NCBI GenBank assembly: GCA_049515535.1
Contig: JBEKTZ010000001.1
Coordinates: 206,599 to 270,598 of the forward strand
Length of the DNA: 64,000 bases
Direction of reading: 5' to 3'
Origin: Candidatus Aminicenantales bacterium
GTDB lineage: Bacteria; Acidobacteriota; Aminicenantia; Aminicenantales; UBA4085
The notes beneath the pieces were generated by a model. That model worked only from the letters and a program-made list of their open reading frames with translations. It did no database searches and was not told the DNA's origin. The translations under genes and the position numbers were made by a program. Positions 47,080 through 57,735 of the stretch are shown here, in pieces (position 1 is the first letter of the stretch; each line of letters opens with the position of its first letter).

Positions 47080-48396
47080 CTAAGCTGCCATAGGCCAAAG
47101 CTCGCCAGCCTCGATGGAAATGAAAACAAATCCAATTGTTGCAATCGTCGGATAATGTGTATAGTTTGTCGATGTAAGCGAAAAAAGAAACATCGCAAAT
47201 ATAAAAAGCATGCTGATAATTGTTATTTCGAACGATTTTTCAGTGCGCCTATTCATGAGTCTTATAGATCCCCACAATGCATATACATATACGAGCAAGA
47301 ATAGACCGACACCAATTAAACCGCTTCGAATAATTAATTGGTATAAATCGCTATCCCAACTACCCATAACCCACGTATATGGGTTAGCTGCATAAGCACC
47401 AGCGCCTAACAATATACTATTTTGCTTCGCTGCCATGAGGGCATTTTCCAATAGGTCTAACCGCCCCACGTACGACGAATCAGCAGCCCCTAATAATAAC
47501 GGCTCCAGCCTTTTCAGTATATAATCGTATTGCCGGACAAAGACATCTTGTAAGATAATTAATGATGCCGCGATGGCTATGAAACCAATTGCTAGCCGAA
47601 TAAACTTTTTTCTATTAGCTGAGCCTTCTCCCCTGCTAAGGAATCTTCCAAGTATAATGACTGCAGTTGATGTTAAAATAAGATTACGTCCGAAGTTAAA
47701 GATGCCCGCCGTCAGCATAGTTCCCGTAATTACTATTTCTTTAAATGAATACTTAATTTTTCCTATCGTAATTGCCAACGCTAGGAAGAATAATATCGGA
47801 GGAAAAGTATAACTTCGAAAAACACCAGTTATGGAATCGTACGCGTCCCCTCTATTAATTTCATAAATTGCGCCAGGATAAATAGCGTTGATAATATAGA
47901 GAATGCAGATTATCAGCACGATATTGCGCAAATCTGTCAGGAAAGTCATAACCTCTTCGATAGAATAACGACGATATGTATCCATCATGACGAGGAAACC
48001 TACAGGGAGTAGGTACATGCGCGGGAAAGCGAGAATTGGTTTTCCTATGATTTTTTCAAGACTTGGCACGGAAATAATTATTAAAAATAAATAGTAAATC
48101 AAAATCCCTATCGCCCATTTATAACCCGCATTTTGAGTAATCGATTTAGAAACAGGCCTGGTAAATATTACATATATCCAAGCGATAATTTGCAGTGCTA
48201 GTAGGAAATCATGAATACCCAACGAGAGACCGAATATTTCAAACCGCATTTCATAATTAAATAAATAAATATTTCCGCCTAATGATAAAAGTAATGGCAG
48301 GGATACAAGATAAATTGAACTTTTCCTTGATTTAAGAATTAAAACAAGAAGAATAAATAGAGGGACGACGATTTTTAATATTGGGATAAAAGTCAT
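47080..48396 (-). CDS. Wzy-like polymerase / O-antigen ligase family polytopic membrane protein
   Basis: About 11-12 TMs, SYVGRL...ILLGAGA...DSDLYQLIIRSGLIG loop; AT-rich as is typical of wzy genes. Confidence 0.78.
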   Translation of the reverse strand: MTFIPILKIVVPLFILLVLILKSRKSSIYLVSLPLLLSLGGNIYLFNYEMRFEIFGLSLGIHDFLLALQIIAWIYVIFTRPVSKSITQNAGYKWAIGILIYYLFLIIISVPSLEKIIGKPILAFPRMYLLPVGFLVMMDTYRRYSIEEVMTFLTDLRNIVLIICILYIINAIYPGAIYEINRGDAYDSITGVFRSYTFPPILFFLALAITIGKIKYSFKEIVITGTMLTAGIFNFGRNLILTSTAVIILGRFLSRGEGSANRKKFIRLAIGFIAIAASLIILQDVFVRQYDYILKRLEPLLLGAADSSYVGRLDLLENALMAAKQNSILLGAGAYAANPYTWVMGSWDSDLYQLIIRSGLIGVGLFLLVYVYALWGSIRLMNRRTEKSFEITIISMLFIFAMFLFSLTSTNYTHYPTIATIGFVFISIEAGELWPMAA

Positions 48397-48559
48397 TTTA
48401 TGAAGTTGTGCTTTTTTCGCAGGCTCGTTTGCGGATCTAATTCCCTTATTTTTCTAACGAAATCTTCTTTTGTGTTATAATTTTTATATGTGGTGCTCGT
48501 TTGGAGGATGAACCTTGGGGATCTCTCAGCCATTCTCGGTTCTTTATTGGGGGCCTATT

Positions 48560-49753
48560 TCAGCCGTTTACCTTCAGCCAGAAAGAGCCACCCGCAGCCC
48601 AACGGTTCGGACGCTTTCCGTGTTCGATTGTACCATCCGAGTTGAACCGCTTGTCGAAATAGACATTCTTATAATCGGGAAAGGTCGCAAATAAAAGTTC
48701 GGGATGGAAAGCAACGAGATACATGGCCGGGAAGATGACCTTGAAGCGAGAAGAGTTGGCCAGGAGCGCCGCGAGGAGGTACTGCTCTGTCCAATACCGA
48801 CGGTGCTCCGTGAACCAGAATTTCGGATAGTCGAACGGCAGCCAGATGTCGTGAATATGGACAATAACGCCGGGTCGCAAACGCGGCAGTATCTTGCAAT
48901 ATTCCGTTACTACGTCGCCACCGCATCGCACAACGTGCGTGGAATCAATGAACAAGATGTCGTTTGGGCCAAGCGCATCGAACATGGCTAGAGGCAAGTT
49001 TTCTATTTTCTCAGGCAGGATCGACACGTCGCTCAAGCTTTCAAGCCAAGGCGGTCCGAAGGGCTCAATGCCGAGGTGTTCGGCGCGCATGCCCTCCGAT
49101 GCGTTCTGCAACAACGCTTTGCGCGCGAAAAGCGTCGAGTTACCACAACCAATTTCCATGAATAGTTTGGGCTTAAAGTGTCTGATGACGGCATAAAGCG
49201 CGGCACAGTCAATGTAGTTGAAGCTGCTGTTCTCAAAATACGGCTCAGATAGCGATTGTTTGGTGGCCGGTATGCGCGACAGCTCCGTTTGATAGGCTCC
49301 CAGTTCCGCCACGAAGGTTTTCAGAGTGGCGTCATCAAAGGTCAGTGATGCCACTGAATTGGGCCTATCGAGCTGCGCTTCATCCAGTTGGTGAGGGTCA
49401 AACAGGGGTTGATAGAAGTGGAACAACACGGGGGAAACGCCGAGCGAATCGGACACCTTCCAAGCCAGAGGCAACCGGCCGCTGCTGAATCTCGCCTGAA
49501 AGCGCATTATGCGGGCAGCAAGGTGGTACAGCGGCAAGCTGATGGTTTGGCCGGAGCGGGTGAGCATGAGTGCCTCCAGTGATCTGGTGACGTTACACAG
49601 ATTACGAACGCGATGCACAGCTCGTTTGACTGATACAGGGATGAATGCGCGCCAGGATTTTTTGCCGACGAACGATCCGGAAGTTGTTGGTGGCTGATTG
49701 CCTTGACTCATAGGCAGTTCTTTCCCTCCTGGCACGCGGGTTTTTATTTCCAC
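48560..49753 (-). CDS. Class I SAM methyltransferase (Methyltransf_24-like)
   Basis: MEIGCGNST, DILFIDSTHV, GGDV, VHIHDI, WTEQY; true start may be MSQGNQ (49711). Confidence 0.85.
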   Translation of the reverse strand: MEIKTRVPGGKELPMSQGNQPPTTSGSFVGKKSWRAFIPVSVKRAVHRVRNLCNVTRSLEALMLTRSGQTISLPLYHLAARIMRFQARFSSGRLPLAWKVSDSLGVSPVLFHFYQPLFDPHQLDEAQLDRPNSVASLTFDDATLKTFVAELGAYQTELSRIPATKQSLSEPYFENSSFNYIDCAALYAVIRHFKPKLFMEIGCGNSTLFARKALLQNASEGMRAEHLGIEPFGPPWLESLSDVSILPEKIENLPLAMFDALGPNDILFIDSTHVVRCGGDVVTEYCKILPRLRPGVIVHIHDIWLPFDYPKFWFTEHRRYWTEQYLLAALLANSSRFKVIFPAMYLVAFHPELLFATFPDYKNVYFDKRFNSDGTIEHGKRPNRWAAGGSFWLKVNG

Positions 49754-50766
49754 CTCATTTTCATCCCTGTTTCCGGATCCAGTCCTCTCAGCTTTCGCAC
49801 CGAATGCAGAAGTCCGAGTTTGTTGAGAATGATACGGAATGATTTACGCAATAGACGATCTGGTGTATTCAGATAATATTGAATAAGCCAGTTGCGATAT
49901 TTTCGCTGATATTCAAAATAATCCGCGCTCGCGAATACGTTTAGGCTGTTCGGATAACCTGGTATGTACCTCTCAAGTGGAATCCATTGGTTGTTAAGCA
50001 AAACATGATCAAGTCGATATTTTTGTGCCATCCTAATACGACTATAATAATCACGGCCCATTATTTTATCATATACCCCATATCGCAACAGTATCATGAC
50101 ATGTTCTACCATAAGACGACTAAGATTGCTGCTGGCACTACCGCTGTTCGGATATTGTGTATAATACGACAATAACCCCGGCGTTTTTTTAAATAAGCAA
50201 TTGAAAACCGCTCTTACCTGGAATTCGAAATCAGTACAAACTTGGAACTGTTCATCAAATCCGCCAATTTTCTTAATCAACGATGAGCGAAATAAATGGG
50301 TTGGGCTGACTCTGCTTTCATGAATAAAATCGTTTCTTTGAAAATCTGGCTTCCTTACATACTCTCCCTTTGTACTTCCGTATTCATCAACAAGAATGTA
50401 ATCGCCATACGTATAATCTACATTTCTGTTTTTCTCCAAGGTATCAATCTGTTTCAAATAAGAATCATTTACCCGCACATCATCGACATCCAGAAAAGAG
50501 CAGTATGGCGTATTGACTAAAACAAGGCCACGATTAAGGGACGCACCTATTGTTTCGCGATGCGGCACTTCGATAATTCGAATTAGATCAGGGTATTGCT
50601 CATAGTAAGAAAAAGCGATTTTTCTCTCCACTGTATTTGGCGCATTCATCACCAAGATAAATTGAAAAGCATCCCTTCCAGTAAGGGCTAGAATCCCGTC
50701 AAAATAATTCTTTAGGTATTTTGCGGACCGATATGTAGTAGTAATTACAGTAAGTATTTTATTCAT
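49744..50766 (-). CDS. Glycosyltransferase family 2
   Basis: TVITTTY, SLNRG, FLDVDD, IGGFDE...TDFEF. Confidence 0.88.
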   Translation of the reverse strand: MNKILTVITTTYRSAKYLKNYFDGILALTGRDAFQFILVMNAPNTVERKIAFSYYEQYPDLIRIIEVPHRETIGASLNRGLVLVNTPYCSFLDVDDVRVNDSYLKQIDTLEKNRNVDYTYGDYILVDEYGSTKGEYVRKPDFQRNDFIHESRVSPTHLFRSSLIKKIGGFDEQFQVCTDFEFQVRAVFNCLFKKTPGLLSYYTQYPNSGSASSNLSRLMVEHVMILLRYGVYDKIMGRDYYSRIRMAQKYRLDHVLLNNQWIPLERYIPGYPNSLNVFASADYFEYQRKYRNWLIQYYLNTPDRLLRKSFRIILNKLGLLHSVRKLRGLDPETGMKMRWK

Positions 50767-51698
50767 AGGATAGCTTGATAATATTCAATGGTCTCACGTA
50801 TCCCATTCTCAATAGATGTGAAATTATAATCAGGAAATCGCTGGCGAAACAGTCTGTCGTCCATCACTTTTTTCTGAGAACCATCTTGATAACGTCTGTT
50901 ATAAACAATCTCTCCTTTATAGTTCGTTGCTTTAGAAATCAATTGTATTAATTCATTTACAGAGTACCCTCGATTTTGCGCTATATTGACCAGATCTTGC
51001 GATACTGATTGATCACAAATTATTCGTCGAATAATTTGGGCAAAATCCTTGATATATAACCATTCCCGTATCGGCTTACCAGTACCCCAAATTTCCACTT
51101 CGGGTTGGTTGTATTTAACTGCTTTAACAAATTTAATAATCAACGCATTCAATGCATGTGTTTTATTAGGATTTGTACTATCATATGGACCATACATATT
51201 TGGAACTACAATATTAATCGAACGCACACCATATTGATCTTTGTAGCATTTTGAAAGGACCCACATCATGCGCCGAGTGCTCCCGTACGAGAGGACGGAT
51301 GGATGGATAGGCCCATCCCAGAAGCCTCTTTCCTCATAGCTGTCCATGGCGCCGGGATAGCCGCAGTTGGCGATAGGATTAATGACGACGACCTCGCGCA
51401 TCTGCTGGGCGATCTTATAGGCATTCAGGATCAACCGCATGTTGACGTCGACTACATCGGCGGCGAAGTCCGTCACGTAGTTCACGCTGCCCACGAGCGC
51501 GGCGCAGTTGGCGATGTAGTCGGGCCGGAACGCGTCCAGCTTGACCCATGCGGAGGAGATATCTAGAAGGTCGCAACCGGTCGTTCGGCTGAAGACACCG
51601 ACTATCATCCCCACCTTTTCAAGGCACTCGCGGAGGTTACGTCCGGCAAAGCCCGTGCCGCCGAGGATGGCTATGCGAAAACACCTATCTTTTGTCAT
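50763..51698 (-). CDS. GDP-fucose-synthase-like epimerase/reductase (divergent)
   Basis: LGGTGFAG, CAALVG, PNMYGP, WGTGKPIREWLY; YGSTR in place of YxxxK. Confidence 0.82.
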   Translation of the reverse strand: MTKDRCFRIAILGGTGFAGRNLRECLEKVGMIVGVFSRTTGCDLLDISSAWVKLDAFRPDYIANCAALVGSVNYVTDFAADVVDVNMRLILNAYKIAQQMREVVVINPIANCGYPGAMDSYEERGFWDGPIHPSVLSYGSTRRMMWVLSKCYKDQYGVRSINIVVPNMYGPYDSTNPNKTHALNALIIKFVKAVKYNQPEVEIWGTGKPIREWLYIKDFAQIIRRIICDQSVSQDLVNIAQNRGYSVNELIQLISKATNYKGEIVYNRRYQDGSQKKVMDDRLFRQRFPDYNFTSIENGIRETIEYYQAIL

Positions 51699-52329
51699 TG
51701 CTCGGCTCCTCCAGGGGGACTATTCGATATGACTTCCCTCCAATGGTCGCTGCGGCATAATATAGTGGTAATACAGTGAGTGCTCTGACCAGCTTTTGCT
51801 GTTCGGCAGTGAGGACGACGAAACCATCAATTGGCTTCTTGGAAAAATATCTGCCTTTGCCTTGCGGTTCTGAAGGCACCTTACCAAGTAGCAACCTCGG
51901 GATCTGCTTCTTGAAAAGGCACACGAGAGCATTATGGGCTTTTTGGACTAAGTCTCCGGCGGTATCCGATGGCAAAATTGGAAACCTAACAACTTCGATA
52001 ATCTCTCCAGTATCGAACTCTTTGTCCATGTAGTGAACCGTTGCTCCAAACGTCATGGCGTCATTCAGGATCGCATTGAATGCAAGATTCCTCCCTTGGA
52101 ACTCTGGCAGAGGTCCTGGATGGAAGTTTACCCATTTGTAGGGTATGTCAAACTCGCAAGCTGGTATCCTGTGCGTATAAAGGAAGGAGATTCCAAGATC
52201 GTATGCTGGAAAAGCTATATGTTTGGAATCGCTTGTATCTGCAAGAATAACTTCACAATGTTGGCCTGTTAGCCAATCGAGTAACAACTCTCCATTCCGC
52301 GTCGAAGACAAATAAATTACTCTTGTCAT
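51685..52329 (-). CDS. Sugar N-formyltransferase (formyl-THF dependent)
   Basis: VNFHPGPLP, GATVHYM...DTGEII; directly downstream of a DegT aminotransferase. Confidence 0.85.
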   Translation of the reverse strand: MTRVIYLSSTRNGELLLDWLTGQHCEVILADTSDSKHIAFPAYDLGISFLYTHRIPACEFDIPYKWVNFHPGPLPEFQGRNLAFNAILNDAMTFGATVHYMDKEFDTGEIIEVVRFPILPSDTAGDLVQKAHNALVCLFKKQIPRLLLGKVPSEPQGKGRYFSKKPIDGFVVLTAEQQKLVRALTVLPLYYAAATIGGKSYRIVPLEEPSNDKR

Positions 52330-52334
52330 AGAGT

Positions 52335-53435
52335 CTACCACCCTCTCTTGATTGCCGCTCCTACGCGGAGAATGTCTTCACCTGACAATGCTTCATGAAC
52401 GGGAATAGACACTTGGCGATCATTGAAATGTGTCTGTCCCGGCATTTCCTGTCGTGGCCCGCCAAAGACAGTATTCTTATCAATTCTCATATGCACGACG
52501 GATGAGGGCACCCCCGCCGAAGCAAGCTTTCTGATAAAAGCCTCCCTCCGCTCGACGAGTATTGTGAAAAGCCAATATGCATGCGTTCTGTCAGGATCGG
52601 CCCTCAGGAGCGTGAGACCCGCCACATTGCCAAGCTCCTCGCGGTAAACTCGGGCATTCTCCTGGCGCCTCCGCAGCCGATCTTTGAAATCCGCCAAGTT
52701 TGCCAGGCCAAGCGATGCCGCCAGATCATTCATATGGTACTTGTATCCCAAATCGGTCAAGTCGTATTCCCGCTCCCCAAGGATAGAGGGCCTGCTATTT
52801 GCCCTGTCGATGCCAAACCAGCGGCGAATCACTGCCTGGCGAGCGTCCTCTTGGTTAGCACAACAAAGGGCCCCCCCGTCCCCCGTTGTCAGGTTTTTGA
52901 TGGCCTGGAAAGAGAAGGCTGCAAAACGAGAAATGGAACCAATTGGTCGGCCTTTATAAGTGGCCCCCAGAGCATGGGCCGCATCCTCGATAACAGTCAA
53001 ACCGTGTTCATTCGCGATGGTTTTTATCTCATCAAGGTCGCAGGGGTATCCGCCCCAGTGAACGGGAATAATGGCTTTCGTGCGAACCGTTATCTTCTCT
53101 TTGATAGACTCAGGGGAAATGTTCCCTGTTGAGGGGTCGATATCCGCAAAAACGGGCGTGGCCCTCTGCATAAGAATCACGAGCCCGCTCGCTACGAATG
53201 TCTGGGCAGGAAGAATGACCTCGTCTCCGGGTCCGACACCTGCCAGAACCAGGGCCAAATGCAATGCAGAAGTCCCGCTGTTCACAGCGACGGGATTTGC
53301 CAACCCTAGCTGGCTCGCGAGGGCCTCCTCGAACTGCTTGACGCGCTTGCCTTCACTGATAAACGTGGAATCAAGGGTTTCTTTGATTAAATCATAAGCT
53401 AGCGGTGAAATGTGGGTATGGAAGAAATTCATCAT
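52335..53435 (-). CDS. DegT-family aminotransferase (perosamine synthase-like)
   Basis: NSGTSALHLAL, VHWGG, EDAAHALG, FSFQAIKNLTTGDGG. Confidence 0.9.
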   Translation of the reverse strand: MMNFFHTHISPLAYDLIKETLDSTFISEGKRVKQFEEALASQLGLANPVAVNSGTSALHLALVLAGVGPGDEVILPAQTFVASGLVILMQRATPVFADIDPSTGNISPESIKEKITVRTKAIIPVHWGGYPCDLDEIKTIANEHGLTVIEDAAHALGATYKGRPIGSISRFAAFSFQAIKNLTTGDGGALCCANQEDARQAVIRRWFGIDRANSRPSILGEREYDLTDLGYKYHMNDLAASLGLANLADFKDRLRRRQENARVYREELGNVAGLTLLRADPDRTHAYWLFTILVERREAFIRKLASAGVPSSVVHMRIDKNTVFGGPRQEMPGQTHFNDRQVSIPVHEALSGEDILRVGAAIKRGW

Positions 53436-53446
53436 CCTAAGTTTCT

Positions 53447-54742
53447 TCAGGAGTGAATACCGCCCCTGTTTCCAATCAGCCGTGTCTCCCAGGAGCACAT
53501 GGGTCGCATGACCCCAGGCATGGGCCGTCCCCATCCTGCCCTGACACTTCCGGATTCGCCTTTATCCACAACCTGGAACGCAACTGCGTCATACCGCAAG
53601 AAGTGGATCTGGTAAACAGGCGCGCGTGTGCTCACCTCGGCGACTACGCGGATTTGACTCTCCGCAAAGAGATTACCGGGGACAACGCAACGGGAAACGT
53701 AGCGACCTTGCGGACGGGGATTCGTCCACTCTAAATCATCTGTATCGCCGCTGACGAATAAGAAGGTTCCTTGTTCATCAAAAAAGGCAAACACGGAAAT
53801 TAGGAACGCATTAGGCTTAAGGCAATCATATTCCATTTCTATGAGTACCGGAAAGCGGATGTCCACGCTCTCCGTTACTTGTTCATTTTGAATGATCCTT
53901 ACTGCCCGCAGCCTGGCCACATCGTCGCCTGGAGCCTCTTTTGAATCCGTCCAGATTGTTTCCGCCATCGTTTCGTCGCCACTCCGCAGATATTGAGCTG
54001 TGATATCGAGCGTCGGTCCCATTGCTTTGATTACCCCTGCATCCAGAAGGAGAGCATTCTTGCAGAGGCGGTTGATCGTCCCCATGTTATGACTCACAAA
54101 CACCACCGTCCTGCCGCCCTGCGCCACCTCCCCCATCTTTCCGATACACTTTTTTTGAAAAGCCGCATCGCCGACAGCCAAGACTTCATCCACAACCAGA
54201 ATCTCCGGATCGAGATGGGCAGCCACGGCAAAGGCCAGGCGTACATACATACCGCTGGAGTAGCGCTTCACCGGGGTGTCGATAAACTTTTCCACCTCGG
54301 AAAAGGCAACGATCTCATCGAATTTTTTCTTTATCTCGGCCTTTTTCATGCCGAGGATGGAGCCATTGAGAAAAATGTTCTCTCGCCCGGTTAATTCCTG
54401 GTTGAACCCCGTGCCCACTTCCAGCAGTGAGGCGACGCGTCCGCGCAGAGTCACATTGCCCTCGGTCGGCTCCGTTATTCGTGATATTATTTTCAGCAAG
54501 GTGCTTTTCCCGGCGCCGTTGCGGCCGATGATGCCGACGACTTCGCCCTGGTCAACATCAAAAGACACATCTTTCAGCGCCCAAATTGTTGTGTCTTCTT
54601 TGTTCCTCTTAACGTCTCTTCGGAATAGACGTTTCGTTTTATAATCGAAGATATCGCGAAAGGTGCGAGCGCCCCGGCCATGTATGGTCTTGCCGATGAT
54701 GTATTTTTTACTGAGATTTCTAACGCTGATGATTGGCTTCAT
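53447..54742 (-). CDS. wzt: Polysaccharide ABC exporter ATPase with C-terminal carbohydrate-binding extension
   Basis: GRNGAGKST, YSSGMYVRLAF, VDEVLAVGD, VSH; ~170-aa C-terminal domain. Confidence 0.95.
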   Translation of the reverse strand: MKPIISVRNLSKKYIIGKTIHGRGARTFRDIFDYKTKRLFRRDVKRNKEDTTIWALKDVSFDVDQGEVVGIIGRNGAGKSTLLKIISRITEPTEGNVTLRGRVASLLEVGTGFNQELTGRENIFLNGSILGMKKAEIKKKFDEIVAFSEVEKFIDTPVKRYSSGMYVRLAFAVAAHLDPEILVVDEVLAVGDAAFQKKCIGKMGEVAQGGRTVVFVSHNMGTINRLCKNALLLDAGVIKAMGPTLDITAQYLRSGDETMAETIWTDSKEAPGDDVARLRAVRIIQNEQVTESVDIRFPVLIEMEYDCLKPNAFLISVFAFFDEQGTFLFVSGDTDDLEWTNPRPQGRYVSRCVVPGNLFAESQIRVVAEVSTRAPVYQIHFLRYDAVAFQVVDKGESGSVRAGWGRPMPGVMRPMCSWETRLIGNRGGIHS

Positions 54743-54748
54743 GTTCGA

Positions 54749-55573
54749 TCAAATCACATCCGCAAATTCTTTTTCCATCCGTCGGAAATTCATCATCCCC
54801 GTGATGAATATCACGATGCTCAGAATGATGGACATCCAAACCAGGTGCGGTGGAATATGGGCGGTTCCAAGAAGGGTGTACCTGAAACCCTCGATCACGC
54901 CTGTCATGGGATTAAGCCAGTAAAAGAACTCCAATTTGGCAGGAATCTTGGCGCTGGAATAGCCGACCGGTGTTATCCAGAATACTAACTGCGTCACAAA
55001 AGGAAGGGCCTGGGCGATATCTCTATATTTCACGCCGATCGCGGCAAACCATAACCCGACGCCCAGGGCTGCGACAATGCCCCAGAGCAATACGAGCGGG
55101 AATAAAAATATTTGCGCTTTTGGCATATAGTGATAGTGAATCATGAACCCGATAAAAATGAGAAAGGCGATGCCGAAATCCACCAGACCACGCAACACCG
55201 CGGCCGCCGGCATAATCAATCTGGGGAAATAGACTTTCGTTATAAGATTGGCATTGGAAATCATGCTCTGACTTGAAGCTGTCAGACCTTCGGAAAAAAA
55301 ATTCCAGGCCAAAACCCCGGTAAAAGTAAAAAGTTGATACGGAACGCCTTCGGATGAAAAGCCCGCCAGCCGATTGAAGATGAAAGTAAAAACGACCATC
55401 GAGACGACCGGCCGCACGATCGCCCACCCTGCACCCAGGACGGTCTGCTTGTAGCGAACCTTCACGTCCCGCCAAATCAGAAAATAAAACAGCTCCCGGT
55501 ATTCCCATAATTCCTTCAGGCGAAGAGCGGATAATCTCTTGGGCGGCTTAATGACAAGCTCATAATCCGTCAT
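54749..55573 (-). CDS. wzm: Polysaccharide ABC exporter permease
   Basis: RDVKVRYKQTVLG, LITKVYFPR, YRDI, TPVGY, NPMTGVIEGFR. Confidence 0.95.
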   Translation of the reverse strand: MTDYELVIKPPKRLSALRLKELWEYRELFYFLIWRDVKVRYKQTVLGAGWAIVRPVVSMVVFTFIFNRLAGFSSEGVPYQLFTFTGVLAWNFFSEGLTASSQSMISNANLITKVYFPRLIMPAAAVLRGLVDFGIAFLIFIGFMIHYHYMPKAQIFLFPLVLLWGIVAALGVGLWFAAIGVKYRDIAQALPFVTQLVFWITPVGYSSAKIPAKLEFFYWLNPMTGVIEGFRYTLLGTAHIPPHLVWMSIILSIVIFITGMMNFRRMEKEFADVI

Positions 55574-55589
55574 ATCGATTCCTTATTTG

Positions 55590-56528
<939 letters not shown>

Positions 56529-56623
56529 TTATGGGACTTTATAATATTTTTGTTCAATTACGCTTATGCCAGGCTAATTCTTTATCGCTGATTATTTTCG
56601 GGCAATATTTATATTGGCGAGGG

Positions 56624-56678
56624 AAATTCGGTGACACGTACCTAATTCAAGAGAATTAGAGAACATGTCACCGAATTT
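56624..56678. repeat. REP-like ~55-bp hairpin
   Basis: AAATTCGGTGACA-cgtac-CTAATTC-aaga-GAATTAG-agaaca-TGTCACCGAATTT; abuts the stop codon of the regulator. Confidence 0.88.
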
Positions 56679-57331
56679 TACAGTTTCGAGATGCCTTCTT
56701 TGATCGTGTAACGGATGAGGTCGGCTTGCTTATGGATATTAAGCTTATGCATTAGGTTCCGCCGGTGGACCTGGACGGTGTTCAAGTAAAGATTAAGCTT
56801 TTGGGCGATTTCCTTGTTCGTGCAGCCTTCGCCGATGAGTTGAACGATTTCCCGCTCCCTTTTCGTCAGGCCGTTCCCCTCGTTTTTATCTTTGCCAGCG
56901 CCGATTTTGCCCAGAAAACCGTCCACGATATAATTGGAGATGCCGGGGCTTAAAAAGAACCGGCCCTTGTAAACCTCTTGAATGGCTTGGATCACCTCGT
57001 CGGTGGCGCTTTCCTTGAGGATGTAGCCCTTGACCCCGCAGCGGAGGGCCCGCTGGACGAAAATCCGGGAGTCGTGGATGCTGAGGATGATGATCTTGGC
57101 TTTGGGGTCCTTCTTAAGGAGCCGTTCGGCCGTCTCGATGCCGTTGAGATGGGGCATTTCGACATCCAGGAGATAGACGTCGGCCGGGCTTTTTTCGGCG
57201 ATCTTCAGGACTTCCATGCCGTTGATGGCTTCGTCGACGATCGCGATGTCTTCCTTGCTCTTCTCGATGACCGCCCTGAGGCCGGCCCTGACGACGGGGT
57301 GATCATCCGCCAAGACGACCCTGATGCTCAT
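56678..57331 (-). CDS. NarL/LuxR-family response regulator (copy 1)
   Basis: LADDHP, LLDVEMP, GYILK receiver domain; LTKREREIV...NKEIA HTH. Confidence 0.95.
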   Translation of the reverse strand: MSIRVVLADDHPVVRAGLRAVIEKSKEDIAIVDEAINGMEVLKIAEKSPADVYLLDVEMPHLNGIETAERLLKKDPKAKIIILSIHDSRIFVQRALRCGVKGYILKESATDEVIQAIQEVYKGRFFLSPGISNYIVDGFLGKIGAGKDKNEGNGLTKREREIVQLIGEGCTNKEIAQKLNLYLNTVQVHRRNLMHKLNIHKQADLIRYTIKEGISKL

Positions 57332-57333
57332 GA

Positions 57334-57345
57334 CAGGCTACCGCC
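57334..57345 (-). promoter_or_regulatory. ops-like sequence
   Basis: GGCGGTAGCCTG matches the GGCGGTAGnnTG consensus; 2 nt upstream of the ATG, so it may simply be the RBS. Confidence 0.3.
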
Positions 57346-57590
57346 GTTGGCTTCCTGACCGATAAAATAGCTCTTCGGCATAGCAAAATCGCAATAAGTC
57401 AAGAAGGGCATTTGGATAAAAGGGAAATAGACTAAAAAGCCGCCAAGGATAAGAAAACTTGGCCTGTGGCTATGGCCAATTGAAACTCCCCTTCTGCCGA
57501 TAATCTCATGCCCGCTTCCTTATTCTTTTTTTATCCCACTTGGCAATGGGATTAAAAAAAGGAACTCCGACTATAGAAATTCCCGGGCGG

Positions 57591-57640
57591 GCTGTAAATA
57601 CCAGAAAGTGAGTAGATTTGGGGTTATTTCATGGTATTTA
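57591..57640. promoter_or_regulatory. Conserved upstream motif shared by both response-regulator copies
   Basis: GCTGTAAATACCAGAAAGTGAGTAG (cf. 62925-62949), with TAAATACCA...TGGTATTTA inverted pair. Confidence 0.55.
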
Positions 57641-57678
57641 GTAATCAGAGGTAAGAAGGGGGGGAATTCAGAGAAAGA

Positions 57679-57735
57679 GAAATTCGGCGACACGTACCTA
57701 ATTCAAGAGAATTAGCGAACATGTCCCCGAATTTC
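57679..57735. repeat. REP-like ~55-bp hairpin
   Basis: GAAATTCGGCGACACGTACCTAATTCAAGAGAATTAGCGAACATGTCCCCGAATTTC. Confidence 0.88.
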
